Source of the DNA: Wickerhamiella versatilis
Lineage: Eukaryota
Length of the DNA stretch: 64,000 bases
Assembly (NCBI GenBank): GCA_030867685.1
Contig: JAQOWU010000008.1
Coordinates: 868,001 to 932,000, forward strand
Reading direction: 5' to 3'
The position numbers and the translations under genes are program-made. The notes under the pieces were generated by a model. That model ran no database searches. It was not told the DNA's origin and worked only from the letters and a program-made list of their open reading frames with translations. Shown here piece by piece: positions 32,077 to 45,052 of the stretch; position 1 is the first letter of the stretch; every line of letters begins with the position of its first letter.

Positions 32077-32298
32077 TTAGAGCAGAAGGGCGGCGCCACC
32101 AACAGCTGCGGCGGCGTAGGCAATGCTGGCCATGCTGCCAGCGCCGTTAGCACCACCACCGCTAGAGGTGGAGCTAGAGTTGCCACCAGTGCTGTTACCG
32201 GAGGTGCTGTTACCAGCAGCGGTACTGTTGCCGGCGGTGCTGTTAGAGGCAGCAGAGACTGCGCCGAAGATGGTCAAAGCAATAACTGAGAACTGCAT
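32077..32298 (-). CDS. 73-aa GPI micro-glycoprotein
   Basis: Signal peptide, five N-x-S/T sequons (NST x4, NSS), GPI signal ending AAAVGGAALLL. TATAAA upstream. Confidence 0.9.
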   Translation of the reverse strand: MQFSVIALTIFGAVSAASNSTAGNSTAAGNSTSGNSTGGNSSSTSSGGGANGAGSMASIAYAAAAVGGAALLL

Positions 32299-33217
32299 TT
32301 TTCAGATTGGTACCCTTCTCCCCAGGTGCGGGCGGGGTCTTTTATACATTGCAAATTAGCTAATCACTAAATTTGCCAAGTAAGGCAAGGGCAACGCGAG
32401 GCTGCAGATAAAGTTTTCGGATGACTGAATTTGGCAGGCCAAAGAGATCAGAAAAATTTTCACAATGCTCCCAGAGATGGTAATGGCTTTACGAGTTTTT
32501 TTCGGCCCCAGCGGCGCGTTTGCGCGCCCAGACTTGTCCCTGCGCCACACGAGAGGCTTAGCTTATACGCGCTTATGTGATCTGAAACGCGTGTAGCTCG
32601 AGAATTTTCAGGAACCCTAGCCCGAATTATATGAGGAGGCTTGCCAGACAGTGGCGCAAAAAGCGCCATCAAATGGACCTGAATCCAATATTCCAGGGTG
32701 GGCAGATCCATCGGATCACGGATATGTCATATTGCCCAAATTTAGAACTTACTTATTCTTGTACGCCTCGAATGTCACAGAATGATGACTCATGATTATG
32801 TGCTACTAATTTCGTTCCTCGACCGGATTAGGCAGGACAATGATACAGGGTTCTCCTTGCTTCATGTCGGGTGGCCCTTGACCTGGTAGTGATTGGGACC
32901 TCCTGCTTCGATGCTCCTGGGTGCTGCGGTCTCGATTGGCTAAGTAAGTAAGTAGATAAGTGAGTAAAAGAGGCAAGGTGGGGCACAATGAAGTGGGGCA
33001 CAATGAGGCACAGTAAGGCACGGTGAGGCAGATGCAATGGTAAAGGTAAAAGTACAGTAAAGTAAAGTAAGAAGTTTTTATTTTCATAGACTATACAACT
33101 AACTAACCGGATGCGTCCACATGCAAGTGAGTCCGAAAACAAATAAATAAGTATGCCTCCCCATAGGTCGAGAGGTTTATTATATTTTGCGCACCTCCAC
33201 GTAGGACGCTAGAATGT

Positions 33218-33248
33218 AATTCAATTCAATTCAATTCAATTCAAATTC
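33218..33248. repeat. (AATTC)n microsatellite in the DED1 3' UTR
   Basis: AATTC x5 plus AAATTC. Confidence 0.8.
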
Positions 33249-33270
33249 AACAAAGCAATTTTTTTTTGGT

Positions 33271-35160
<1,890 letters not shown>

Positions 35161-35428
35161 TCATTTTTTTTAAGGGTGGCGAATGGAGGTACTTATATAA
35201 TCGGTCCACCCAAGAGGACTAATACATCCGGTCAGACACCTAAAATTGACCGCTGTGGTTTAGAATCTTTTTGTGTCTCTAATACATAGCTATTTATATT
35301 AGTGCTTCAGAAATTCCAAATGTGAGACAAGAAAAATACCCCCAAACCAATGGGTAACTTTCAATTGGGGAAAAAAAGGGTAGGATGAAGTAAGTAACAT
35401 GTAGGTGCGGGTATGAAAGACCCGCTCT

Positions 35429-36967
35429 TTAAATTTGGCGGCACTTCCAGCCCTTTTGATCAAGCAATGGCAAGGATGCACCGAGGCACCATCCTAGCTC
35501 GTTGTCATTGATCTTCTTAGCAATTTTAACGTTTCTTTGGCCCTTGATGTCATACCCAGTTCGGAGCAGAGCATGCATGTAGGACAGCTCAGAGCACCAC
35601 TGGGGGTTCTTCTTTAGAGCATCCACAGCTCCCTTCACCGACTCGAATGCCGAGTATGCCAATTCCCCAGAGCACACCTGCTTCGTTAGATCCCACAAGT
35701 CATCAACGCTGAATACCGTCGGCATGCCAAGAGGTGAGGTCCGATCATAAAAGAAGCTAAAAACATACATATCCGAGTCGGCTGGGAAAGCTTCGAAGAG
35801 TGCCGGCTGATGTACGCCATTGAAAGAACATGGCGGATTGGCACAGACAGCATTCTTTTCCAGAATCTTTTCGGCGATGCCTCGACACTGTAATGGAGCG
35901 GGAATGGCGGGGCCCTTGAACTCAACCTTCCGCTCGACAAGATTACTGCCATCAAGCGAGCTGGTACCATCTGGGAGCTTGACCTCGGTGAGATACGAAG
36001 TATTCGGAGGCAGGCATGGATGGGTCGCTACGACAGGGTCTGCCGCCATCTCTGCTGGTGATAACTGCTGTTCAACGACAAGTCGGTTTATCTTATTTCG
36101 CGCTTCATTCAATCCAAATCCAAGATAGGAGTGCTGATAAAGATCGAAGTCTCGGCCACCAAATTGCAGACTGAACTTATGGTCGCCATCAGACAGCTTC
36201 TTCGTTTCATCTTTGAAGGTTGGCTCGAATACGATTTGTGTGCTTCCTCCACCTAAATCAAACACTGCTACAGTTGGAGTCTTTTCGGATGTACCAATTA
36301 GTCCCAGCAAGTAGTTGGCGGTGACCCATGCATACACGCCCTCGTCCTCACCACTCATGATGGCAACGGTAGTAACTGCGAACGGTGTGCTCGTCTCCAA
36401 GTGCTCTTTAACAGCATCAAGAATTTTCTGAGACTTCTCTTCACCTACTTTACGCAAGCCTGCAGTAGCTTGCACCGCAATAGGTGTGCATGACTGCAAA
36501 TCTGCAGGCACCGTATCCTTGGCTATATCCAGAAGCCTGTCAAGAGACGCGGCCGCAGCCTTAGGATCGTTCTCAAAACTGGAGAGCCCAGGTTCGAGCA
36601 TTTCAAATCGTTCACCCATCAACTGCGGGCTACGTTGGCAATTATTGAAATGATACACGTGTACCCGTGAGCCTGACGAGCCTGCATCAATCATGACCAC
36701 ATACTGGTTGATGGGCTTCTTACCATCATAGGAGCGAGTACATTCAGTGCTAGAGGCTGAGGAATCGCCATCGCCACCACTCTTCGCAACAGGAAAGTCT
36801 GGTCTTGATCGCGTCTGCTGGACCAAAGCCAGCAGGAGTAGCACTGCAACAATAAATCCAACAACAAAGCGTGCGGTTTTACTTATCATGAACCCTTGCT
36901 TGCGCTTTTCCTTAAAGTGTGCGTTGTCTGGGTCAATCTTGGATGTTGGTAGAATGCCGCTACCCAT
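35429..36967 (-). CDS. GDA1: Golgi guanosine diphosphatase
   Basis: Type II TM segment, apyrase motifs DAGSSGSR, ATAGLR, DLGGGSTQ, GWCLGASL. Confidence 0.95.
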   Translation of the reverse strand: MGSGILPTSKIDPDNAHFKEKRKQGFMISKTARFVVGFIVAVLLLLALVQQTRSRPDFPVAKSGGDGDSSASSTECTRSYDGKKPINQYVVMIDAGSSGSRVHVYHFNNCQRSPQLMGERFEMLEPGLSSFENDPKAAAASLDRLLDIAKDTVPADLQSCTPIAVQATAGLRKVGEEKSQKILDAVKEHLETSTPFAVTTVAIMSGEDEGVYAWVTANYLLGLIGTSEKTPTVAVFDLGGGSTQIVFEPTFKDETKKLSDGDHKFSLQFGGRDFDLYQHSYLGFGLNEARNKINRLVVEQQLSPAEMAADPVVATHPCLPPNTSYLTEVKLPDGTSSLDGSNLVERKVEFKGPAIPAPLQCRGIAEKILEKNAVCANPPCSFNGVHQPALFEAFPADSDMYVFSFFYDRTSPLGMPTVFSVDDLWDLTKQVCSGELAYSAFESVKGAVDALKKNPQWCSELSYMHALLRTGYDIKGQRNVKIAKKINDNELGWCLGASLPLLDQKGWKCRQI

Positions 36968-37380
36968 ACACGACCTGACCGCGTTAGTAAGACGACCCCG
37001 GAATCCTATTTACTTTTTTATTGAATTCATACCGCGCCAACACGTGAGTCCTAGCTATTTTGTTATATATGTAACACTAATTTTAAAATTCGTACGGATG
37101 TGCATAATGCATCTATGCAAATTGAAGGCGCATTGACAGTCTCTGAAAAATATCTGGAAGCCTCCGCCATAGCTTTGTAGAACACAGTTTAGATTGTGAG
37201 CTCTAATGTTCAATTTACTCGAGTATTATTGATTCTATGTTACAGGCCAAAAACAAAAAGGTGGCAAGAATGTTCTTGGTGGGTTGTTGGAAATTGGGTG
37301 CTACACCGGTGCGGTGGAGCGCGACGCCCCAACACGAACTATAAAAGTTGTGGCTCTGCTACTAGCTTATAGAAACTAAA

Positions 37381-38391
37381 ATGACTCCAGAACGCCAATC
37401 TACAGCTCGCCACTCCTCTGGGCGCCACCAACTCAGCGATTCGAAGCCTAGGCAGGGAACATCTTCACTTCCCTCTCAAACGACAAGCCCTCGGAAGCAC
37501 GGTACATCTTATATACACAAATCTAACTTTGGAAATGACTACAGCGACTATTATTCTCGTACTGGGGTGCTGCCACAGTCCCATATTCTGAATATTGAAA
37601 ATCCACAGGCAGGCTACCCCAAGCTACAAAGATTGCATGACCTAAAAAAGTTGCATACAAAATTTCATGCAGGTCCTCCACAAGGCATAAGATCAATGCC
37701 TTCAGAGCAGCCCTTCCTTCTGCATGGTTTGATCGATGCCGGTGCTCAATTTGACGTTGTGATGGTGCATGGCTGTATCTCAGTCCTTCCAAGCTTGAGT
37801 GAGCTTAAGAAGCTGCCAATTGGATACCTAACACCTAAACCAAGCCTTCTATTTATTTGGGCACCAGCAGAGCGTTTAAGCGATGCACGTACTGCCATGG
37901 AGTTTTGGGGGTTCCGAAGAGCTGAAAACATCGTATTTGCCTCTACCTCGACAGACTCGCCTTATTGCACCAATAACTCGGATAATGGGTGGACGTCAAA
38001 GCCTGTCCTTCGTCCCACGACTTGGCATTGTCTCATGGGTCTTAAGGGAACTCTCCGCCGCTCTGAAGATACGGAGGTTATCAATTGCAATGTCGACACT
38101 GACTTCATAGTTGAAAAGCAGCAACGTTGCGGGCCTGCTGGAGTGGTACCGGATGAAATATATTCTTTGATAGAGAATTTCACGAATCTAGGTCGAAGGC
38201 TGCACATTGTGCCCACCAAGGCCCCTGAGTCTCTTCCAGTATTGCCCCGACCCGGGTGGGCCATCATAAGTCCTGACATTCTTCTACACAACTTGAATGC
38301 CAAAGATTATACAGGCGGTAGAAAGCTTGTTCCTGTGAAGGAGGAAATTGACTTGCTTCGTCCTCGTACACCTTTGCCTAGGCGCCATTAA
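37381..38391 (+). CDS. KAR4: Karyogamy factor Kar4 (MT-A70 family, METTL14-like)
   Basis: NDYSDYY...TGVLPQ, YPKLQRL, WHCLMGLKGTLRRS, NCNVDTD, GRRLHI. Confidence 0.9.
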   Translation: MTPERQSTARHSSGRHQLSDSKPRQGTSSLPSQTTSPRKHGTSYIHKSNFGNDYSDYYSRTGVLPQSHILNIENPQAGYPKLQRLHDLKKLHTKFHAGPPQGIRSMPSEQPFLLHGLIDAGAQFDVVMVHGCISVLPSLSELKKLPIGYLTPKPSLLFIWAPAERLSDARTAMEFWGFRRAENIVFASTSTDSPYCTNNSDNGWTSKPVLRPTTWHCLMGLKGTLRRSEDTEVINCNVDTDFIVEKQQRCGPAGVVPDEIYSLIENFTNLGRRLHIVPTKAPESLPVLPRPGWAIISPDILLHNLNAKDYTGGRKLVPVKEEIDLLRPRTPLPRRH

Positions 38392-38436
38392 CAGTATACT
38401 GCCCTTTTTTTTGATTCACTAGCATGCTATGTACAG

Positions 38437-39936
38437 CTACTCTAGAAGCCAACTATTTCCCCCTTCAGGACGAGGAACCTTCAGTCCACATTGGTTTGGA
38501 ACGTATTCAATGCGATGGACATGATTGAGGTTCTTACGCATCGTTATCTGAAAGCACGCAGCAGAACCCTGGCGACCGATGATGACACTTGACGCCAGGA
38601 AAAACTCCCAGATTCTGAACCATTTCTTACCATATTTAGCAACGATCTTATCTTTGTTGCCCATCCAGTTGCGATACCAACGCCAAATGGTTGCCGAGTA
38701 GTGGGTACCAATGTTATCAACTGAAGTGATCTCAAAGCCTGCACCTTCAAGCTTGTCAATGTACCAGCCCAACGGCGTGGAGGCATCAGCTCCAGGGAAA
38801 ATGTATTTGTTCATAAAAAGTCCCCAGATCAGATCCTCATACTGCCATGACTTACGCAGACCCGTGTACTGAAGTAAGAAAATTCCTTCGTCCGAAAGCA
38901 TGTTATAACATTGCTCCAAGAAAGCACTGAAGTTGCGCACACCGACATGCTCTGACATTTCGAGCGCGGTAATCTTGTCATACCCACCCTCAGGAACAGG
39001 GGTATCCCGATAATCCATGCAAAGAACCCGGGATTGGGTGGCAGGGATACCGTCTTTTTGGAGCCCACCATTTCCCCAAGCTGTTTGGTTGCGGCCCAGG
39101 GTAACGCCAGTAACATGGGCACCATACTGTGATGACAAGAAGCGGGCCAATGTACCCCAGCCACACCCTATGTCTAGAATCTTATCACCAGGCTTAGCTG
39201 CAATCTTCTCGGCAATCACACGGAGCTTGTTATCCTGCAGCTCTTCAAGAGTCTCCTCGCGATGAGGATCACTTATAATTCCAGATGTGTAGATCATTCG
39301 CGGACCAAGGAAAAACGCGTAAAAGTCATCACCCCGATCATAGTTATCCTGAACCTGTTCCTCATCTTGAGACCTGGAATGCATAATTACCTCCGGAATC
39401 ATTCCTGTGAGGAAAAACTTGAAAAGCCCACGGGTGAAAGTAAACTTCGCCCAATCGGCCCTGTACTCAAGAACATCAAGCGCGTCCCCACGGAAGCTCA
39501 CCTTATTTTCAAAATACAATTCCCAGAAATTTTCGTAAGGGATCTTGACATGTCCGCGAAATCTGCGCGCAAGCTCAGCATCATGGAATTCCAAATAATG
39601 CTCAATCGGATTCCCAGGAAGCTTGACATTGTCGCGCAAAGGCGGGGAGATATTGGACGCGACGGTCCAAAAAGCCATTAGAATCGGAATAGCAAAAGCA
39701 ATAGCAAAAAGACTAAAGATCTTGAACCCACCACCTAGTTTATAGGTAAGTAGGCCTGGTATCCCCAAAAGCAGACTGATGAGCAGCGTGTTCGAGAAGG
39801 ACTTCGCACCGCCCCCCTCAGCTATAAGTACGCCATTTTTGATTGTCGGGCTGTCTGTGGTTCTTACACCCGACTTAGTACTTGCAGGCGGTTGAACCGG
39901 CGCTTCAGGCGTCTTGATAAAAGAGAAAGTGGACAT
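38437..39936 (-). CDS. Sphingolipid C9-methyltransferase (CFA-synthase-like)
   Basis: N-terminal TM segments, HSRSQDEEQVQDNYDRGDDFY, LDIGCGWG, LFMNKYIFPGADAS. Confidence 0.93.
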   Translation of the reverse strand: MSTFSFIKTPEAPVQPPASTKSGVRTTDSPTIKNGVLIAEGGGAKSFSNTLLISLLLGIPGLLTYKLGGGFKIFSLFAIAFAIPILMAFWTVASNISPPLRDNVKLPGNPIEHYLEFHDAELARRFRGHVKIPYENFWELYFENKVSFRGDALDVLEYRADWAKFTFTRGLFKFFLTGMIPEVIMHSRSQDEEQVQDNYDRGDDFYAFFLGPRMIYTSGIISDPHREETLEELQDNKLRVIAEKIAAKPGDKILDIGCGWGTLARFLSSQYGAHVTGVTLGRNQTAWGNGGLQKDGIPATQSRVLCMDYRDTPVPEGGYDKITALEMSEHVGVRNFSAFLEQCYNMLSDEGIFLLQYTGLRKSWQYEDLIWGLFMNKYIFPGADASTPLGWYIDKLEGAGFEITSVDNIGTHYSATIWRWYRNWMGNKDKIVAKYGKKWFRIWEFFLASSVIIGRQGSAACFQITMRKNLNHVHRIEYVPNQCGLKVPRPEGGNSWLLE

Positions 39937-40126
39937 GGATTATTTTCTGGCAATTAGTTCAACGAAATGCTACCACACGTCACTGCCAGCTTACGTCACA
40001 GACCACTAACTTACACTTGAATTACGAGTAGTAGTAGTAACTGCTTAATAGATAGATATAGATATAGATATAGATAGATACACAGTTATAGAAATAGGTC
40101 ATAAAATAAAAATGTCCTTGGACCTA

Positions 40127-41209
40127 CTAACGTGGAGTTGGTCTCGATGACCGTCGTGCTCTTGACATCTCTCTCAAAATTTCCTCGACCCGCATTCGGC
40201 ATGGTTCGAGAAGGTTAAGATATCTCCATCTCAAATTAAGAGCATTGAAAACATTACTTCCTGCATATCCTGTATCATTACTGGCTGTCGGATCTGCGTT
40301 ATCTGACTGGCCTGCTTTTGGAAGAAAGCTTGCCGCTTTCATCCGAAACTGCTTCTCTATGTTAGTCCAAAAAACCTCTGAATCCTTCATAACGAGCTGA
40401 ACGAGTAAGCTATCCAGTTCTGAGTCCCAAATGCCTGCGTCTGTCTCCCTTGCCTGAGCAGTTTCTTTCAAGTGCTGAGAAAAATGCACTTGTAGACTTT
40501 TATCAGTCCGGGGAACAATTGCAGCTGTATCTTTCCACTGAACCCCTCCCTTCTTCAATTTCATGATAATTTCGTTCTCTTCAAAAGTGTAAGCACGCGA
40601 GGTACGACCATCCCGCACTGCTAGAAAAAGTTGTATTTCTGGGGGAGCACCACTACCTTCGGGTGGCAAACTGGTTGCTGGCGAGATAGTTTGTAGGAAT
40701 TCTTCATCATTGGACACTACGGTAGGGCTTGGCTCACTAGCAGTCAGTTGCTTTGATCCAGATGTGTGATCGGAAGCCACCTCCTCCCTATCCTCCTGGT
40801 GGAAATTCATCTGGCCTGGATAGGTAGGAAGACCTACATATCCATCGTGATGGAAGTGCATATTCGGCCAATCGTAGAATTCAAACTGGGGGTTGTACCA
40901 TCCCTGCGTCGGCTCTGTATAATATTCTTGGGCACGAGCCATTCCACGATACTTACTTCCAGGATGATGTTTCGTTACTCGTCCAGCATTTCGAACATGT
41001 CCTCTATGATGTGAATATGTTGTCGCCAGCGCCGACGGCAATTCACTCCATGTTGGTTGGAAGTTCTGTTCAGGGGGTGTAGGGAGCTTTGCGCCTTCAG
41101 CAATTGCAACTGGTTGGACTGGCTTTGATGGATAATAATGTGAATCCGCTAACCAGGTTGAACTGAGATAGCGGTTGAGATCTGGTACCTCAGCTGTTTC
41201 CGCAGGCAT
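40127..41209 (-). CDS. Putative Myb/SANT-like DNA-binding protein
   Basis: YTFEENEIIMKLKKGGVQWKDTAAIVPRTDKSLQVHF and WDSELDSLL...FWTNI resemble Myb repeats; disordered N-terminus. Confidence 0.6.
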   Translation of the reverse strand: MPAETAEVPDLNRYLSSTWLADSHYYPSKPVQPVAIAEGAKLPTPPEQNFQPTWSELPSALATTYSHHRGHVRNAGRVTKHHPGSKYRGMARAQEYYTEPTQGWYNPQFEFYDWPNMHFHHDGYVGLPTYPGQMNFHQEDREEVASDHTSGSKQLTASEPSPTVVSNDEEFLQTISPATSLPPEGSGAPPEIQLFLAVRDGRTSRAYTFEENEIIMKLKKGGVQWKDTAAIVPRTDKSLQVHFSQHLKETAQARETDAGIWDSELDSLLVQLVMKDSEVFWTNIEKQFRMKAASFLPKAGQSDNADPTASNDTGYAGSNVFNALNLRWRYLNLLEPCRMRVEEILREMSRARRSSRPTPR

Positions 41210-42118
41210 AGCGCGCTAAGGTTCGTAACTGCGTATTGGGAAAGGGAGCTGTTTTGTCTGCAATTCTTAAGACCCTGCCCACGCACTGCATGTTTAGGAA
41301 TTGGTGCTTCACCCAAGCCCTTCAAATCTCGGCGCATGTATATTCGTCATGCAAGATGTGCATTGTGTAGTGGTATCGGCATATTCAAGCCTAGAGTTTT
41401 ACAATAAACTACAAAAATTGGATTATATAGATATCAGCATCTTTTTGGTTTCAATCTGTGAAGCTATGAATATGTGCTTCAGAGTGTCTAAAACATTATT
41501 GAGACATGCATCTCTCCATCGCGTACCTGAGCTTTAAGGTGATCGGCATAAGACAAAAGACCTTAATGGGGAATTTTGTGGAGTAATTAACTACAGTACC
41601 TCTGAATAATTACAGTGGGCTATCCTTTAAATTTTCCAAGTATCATTATAGTTTTATCCAATAACGCGCAAAGCATGTTACATGCGCAATATGTTAGGAT
41701 TATTACAAATATCTCGGCAAAGAAATCATAATCAAAGAAATCATAATAATAGCCTTTGACCTGACAGATGATAAGCTAGGAGGGACCGACGAAACTCGAC
41801 GCGATATGTTTCGGATATAGTATATAAGAGCGTTAAATTTACTTTTTGACTGAAAAAATCAAATCAAAAATACGCAAATGTGGCCTCAAACAAATTATTA
41901 AATGGACCCACGTTACATGTCTCAGATTAGCTCACTACTATGGTTTCGCGGGATAGTTCGTGGGCCTCTGGAAAACCCTATGCTCAAAAAGGAAGGAACA
42001 GCACCACCCATTGCAGTATTGGGTAATTTGCTATTGCTATTCGTGGAATGCGGCGCTATGGTATAACTTTTCTGGGACGCGCTTGACCGCTTCCTCTTAT
42101 CTTTTTGCATTACCCCGT

Positions 42119-42982
42119 CTAATCCCATTTGTTCTTAGGGGTGAAGGGCTCAATACAGTCGGCAATGAAATCGGCAAGTATGGGCCAATATCCATCCTGT
42201 ATGTATGTATCATTATGGTAACCGTGGTCAAAACTCTGCCATAATTTGGTTTTTGATGAGCATAATTCAAAAAGTTTGTGAAAATGTGCGGGTGGTATAA
42301 GTTCATCGCGCTTTCCAGATAAAAATAGGAATGGAATAGACGGTGAAATCTTCGTTATGGTTTCAAGGCTTTGCCACTTCTCAGTGATAAGAGGTGTGAG
42401 GAACCGAACCGCTGGCAGCACAAATGGGACAAGTCGTGGTATGCTCAGGAAAGTATTTTCAAGCACAACGCCTTTGACAAAAGAATTCTGAGCCAGATAT
42501 ATAGCAACAGCCCCACCCAAACTGCGACCATACAGTATTAGCGAAGTATCCTTAAGTGTCGTATGATTTTGTATAAAGTTCAATGCTGTGTCGGCATCAA
42601 TCTTGAGCCCAATTTCTGATGGTGTGCCCGTAGATTTCCCATATCCGCGATAACTTAGCGTTACAACATTGTATCCCATATCTTGGTAGAAGATTGCCGC
42701 CAAAGGAACAGACATCCCCATATTACCCGCATTAGGCCCCAGCATAAGTATAGTCTTGGGACTCGCCTGATCCATAACATACACATGAAGTTTCACGTTG
42801 TCCTTGGTTTCCAGCCAAGTCTCATCATAAGGGATTCCATACTTCGATGGAGCCAAGACAGTATCACGACTCCCGGCCGGAAAATTGGAGGGGTATATTA
42901 TAAATACCTGGAGCTTTTGGGTTAAGTACCAAGTACTGATGGCAATCAAGCCAGCCGAAATAATATACCCATAATAATGCAT
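42119..42982 (-). CDS. Alpha/beta hydrolase, Bem46/ABHD13 family
   Basis: N-terminal TM segment, NAGNMG, YRGYGKSTGTPSEIG, GRSLGG nucleophile motif, HNDT. ATG at 42982. Confidence 0.92.
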   Translation of the reverse strand: MHYYGYIISAGLIAISTWYLTQKLQVFIIYPSNFPAGSRDTVLAPSKYGIPYDETWLETKDNVKLHVYVMDQASPKTILMLGPNAGNMGMSVPLAAIFYQDMGYNVVTLSYRGYGKSTGTPSEIGLKIDADTALNFIQNHTTLKDTSLILYGRSLGGAVAIYLAQNSFVKGVVLENTFLSIPRLVPFVLPAVRFLTPLITEKWQSLETITKISPSIPFLFLSGKRDELIPPAHFHKLFELCSSKTKLWQSFDHGYHNDTYIQDGYWPILADFIADCIEPFTPKNKWD

Positions 42983-43051
42983 CAAATGCACAACAACAAG
43001 AAAGCCGCACCTAAAAACTATTAGGTAATCGTATATTGTGTCTGGGTTGAA

Positions 43052-44539
43052 ATGGCGGAAAAAATACCGAATGTCTCATCCTTAAGCCTCGCGGAGCGGC
43101 TAGGGCAGAGTGCAGGCACATCTAAAGGAGAAGCAGATGGAACAAATGCATCACCTGTGCCAGCAGCTCCTTCGGAGGGCGCTGCGCAGCCGGCCACCAG
43201 CACCTCAAAGGACAACACCAATACTGGCGAGCCCCAGGAAAATGGTAAGGAGGAATCTAAAGAAAAGTCCCAGTCTAGCCTTGTCCAAAATGACTACGAG
43301 GTCAAAGTAAAGCTTGCAGACTTGCAAGCTGACCCTAACTCTCCGTTGTACTCAGCTAAATCGTTTGAGGAGTTGGGCCTTAGCCAAGACCTGCTAAATG
43401 GCCTCTATGCGATGAAATTTGGAAAGCCTTCCAAAATCCAGGAACGTGCCCTGCCGCTCCTATTGAGCAACCCGCCTAAAAATCTAATTGGACAAAGTCA
43501 GTCAGGTACCGGCAAAACCGCTGCTTTTGCTCTTACTATGCTCTCTCGAGTAATTAAGACCATTCCAACATGCCAAGCATTGTGTTTGAGTCCTTCTCGG
43601 GAGCTCGCAAGACAAACATTAGATGTTGTCAGAACCATGGGAAAATACACGGGTATCACAAGCGAGCTTGCTGTTCCTGGTAGCCTTGGCCGCGGAGAGC
43701 AACTTACCGCTCAGATAGTTGTTGCCACCCCTGGTACAATATTTGATCTGATTCGTCGGAAGCAACTTGACGTCTCCAAACTGCAGGTTTTCGTGCTCGA
43801 CGAGGCAGACAATATGCTTGATAAACAGGGTCTTGGATCGCAGTGCTTGCGTATTAAGAAGCTTTTGCCTAGCACGGCTCAACTTGTGCTTTTTAGTGCA
43901 ACTTTCCCTGATGATGTGTATAAGTATGCTCAGTCCTTCGTCCCCAACGCAAACGAAATCAGACTTCAGCACACAGAGTTAAACGTCTCAGCGATTAAGC
44001 AGCTTTATATGGACTGCGATAGCGAAGAAGCTAAGTACGATGCTTTGATCCATCTCTATAGTCTTTTGACAATCGGAAGCTCGATAATTTTTGTTCAGAA
44101 AAAGAAGACAGCAGATGAGCTTTTCAAGCGTATGACAGAACAAGGGCACAAAGTATCAGTCCTTCACGGAGACCTGGATCATGAACAGCGTGATAAGCTT
44201 ATAGATGATTTTCGTGATGGGCGTTCTAAGGTACTGATTGCAACGAATGTGCTGTCTCGTGGTATAGACATTGCCTCAGTTTCCATGGTAGTGAATTACG
44301 ACTTGCCTGTTGATCAGGCAGGCCACGCCGATCCTAGTACCTACCTTCATCGTATAGGCCGCACGGGTAGATTTGGGCGTGTCGGTGTCAGTGTCTCCTT
44401 TGTGCATGATAGGGAGAGTTTCAAGGTGCTGCAAGAGATTAAAACCTATTTTGGAGACAGCTGCGAAATGACGAAAGTACCCACAGATGACTGGGAGGAG
44501 GTTGAAAAAATCGTGAAAAAGGCCATAAAGGGCGAATAA
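43052..44539 (+). CDS. DBP5: DEAD-box mRNA export helicase Dbp5
   Basis: [43 protein letters not shown]. Confidence 0.97.
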   Translation: MAEKIPNVSSLSLAERLGQSAGTSKGEADGTNASPVPAAPSEGAAQPATSTSKDNTNTGEPQENGKEESKEKSQSSLVQNDYEVKVKLADLQADPNSPLYSAKSFEELGLSQDLLNGLYAMKFGKPSKIQERALPLLLSNPPKNLIGQSQSGTGKTAAFALTMLSRVIKTIPTCQALCLSPSRELARQTLDVVRTMGKYTGITSELAVPGSLGRGEQLTAQIVVATPGTIFDLIRRKQLDVSKLQVFVLDEADNMLDKQGLGSQCLRIKKLLPSTAQLVLFSATFPDDVYKYAQSFVPNANEIRLQHTELNVSAIKQLYMDCDSEEAKYDALIHLYSLLTIGSSIIFVQKKKTADELFKRMTEQGHKVSVLHGDLDHEQRDKLIDDFRDGRSKVLIATNVLSRGIDIASVSMVVNYDLPVDQAGHADPSTYLHRIGRTGRFGRVGVSVSFVHDRESFKVLQEIKTYFGDSCEMTKVPTDDWEEVEKIVKKAIKGE

Positions 44540-44662
44540 TTGCGCTATAAGATATAAGCCTGACATCTCGTCGTCACCCCAGCACTCCACCTCTCCACCG
44601 CAGTGGTGTGTGAGCCAAATATGTGTATTACATCTGAATTGATCATATTACTCGTAAACATC

Positions 44663-45052
44663 TTATCTCCCCTGATTTAAAATATTATCTAGTTCAAACA
44701 TGGATGCCTCTTCTGCTAAGGACTTTCGAAGCACCTGATCCAGCAGTCGCTCTTTAGCTAGCCATTCAGCGCGAAATGTATCTGTTTCCTCAGAGGCCTG
44801 TCGCTTTAACTCTTCATTAACTTTATTACACCAACCAAGCCGCTCGACTAGTTGGGACTCGTTGAGCCCTTCCAGAGTGTCTACAGGGTGTGTGTGCCAG
44901 AACCTACTGAGGTCCACAGGGCGAGGCTTTGGCAGGTATGGGCCTGAGACAACGGGAACATCTGCAACATCTGCAGCACGGGATGATTTCTTTTCCTCGT
45001 CTGAACTGGAGGGAAGATTGTCCCAGGAAACATCAGATGGCAGGTCTGACAT
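44663..45052 (-). CDS. Small coiled-coil protein, possibly Htl1-like (RSC)
   Basis: 129-aa ORF filling the intergenic gap; TLEGLNESQLV...WLAKERLLDQV. Family call is weak. Confidence 0.6.
   Translation of the reverse strand: MSDLPSDVSWDNLPSSSDEEKKSSRAADVADVPVVSGPYLPKPRPVDLSRFWHTHPVDTLEGLNESQLVERLGWCNKVNEELKRQASEETDTFRAEWLAKERLLDQVLRKSLAEEASMFELDNILNQGR

Noticed and set aside
32782-32885. ATGATGA box C suggesting a C/D snoRNA
   Set aside because: No CTGA box D at a suitable distance, no terminal stem and no convincing rRNA guide; it overlaps a TGACTCA AP-1-like site.
41902-42066. 54-codon plus-strand ORF (MDPRYMSQ...) in the intergenic region
   Set aside because: No recognisable family or codon bias; consistent with chance.
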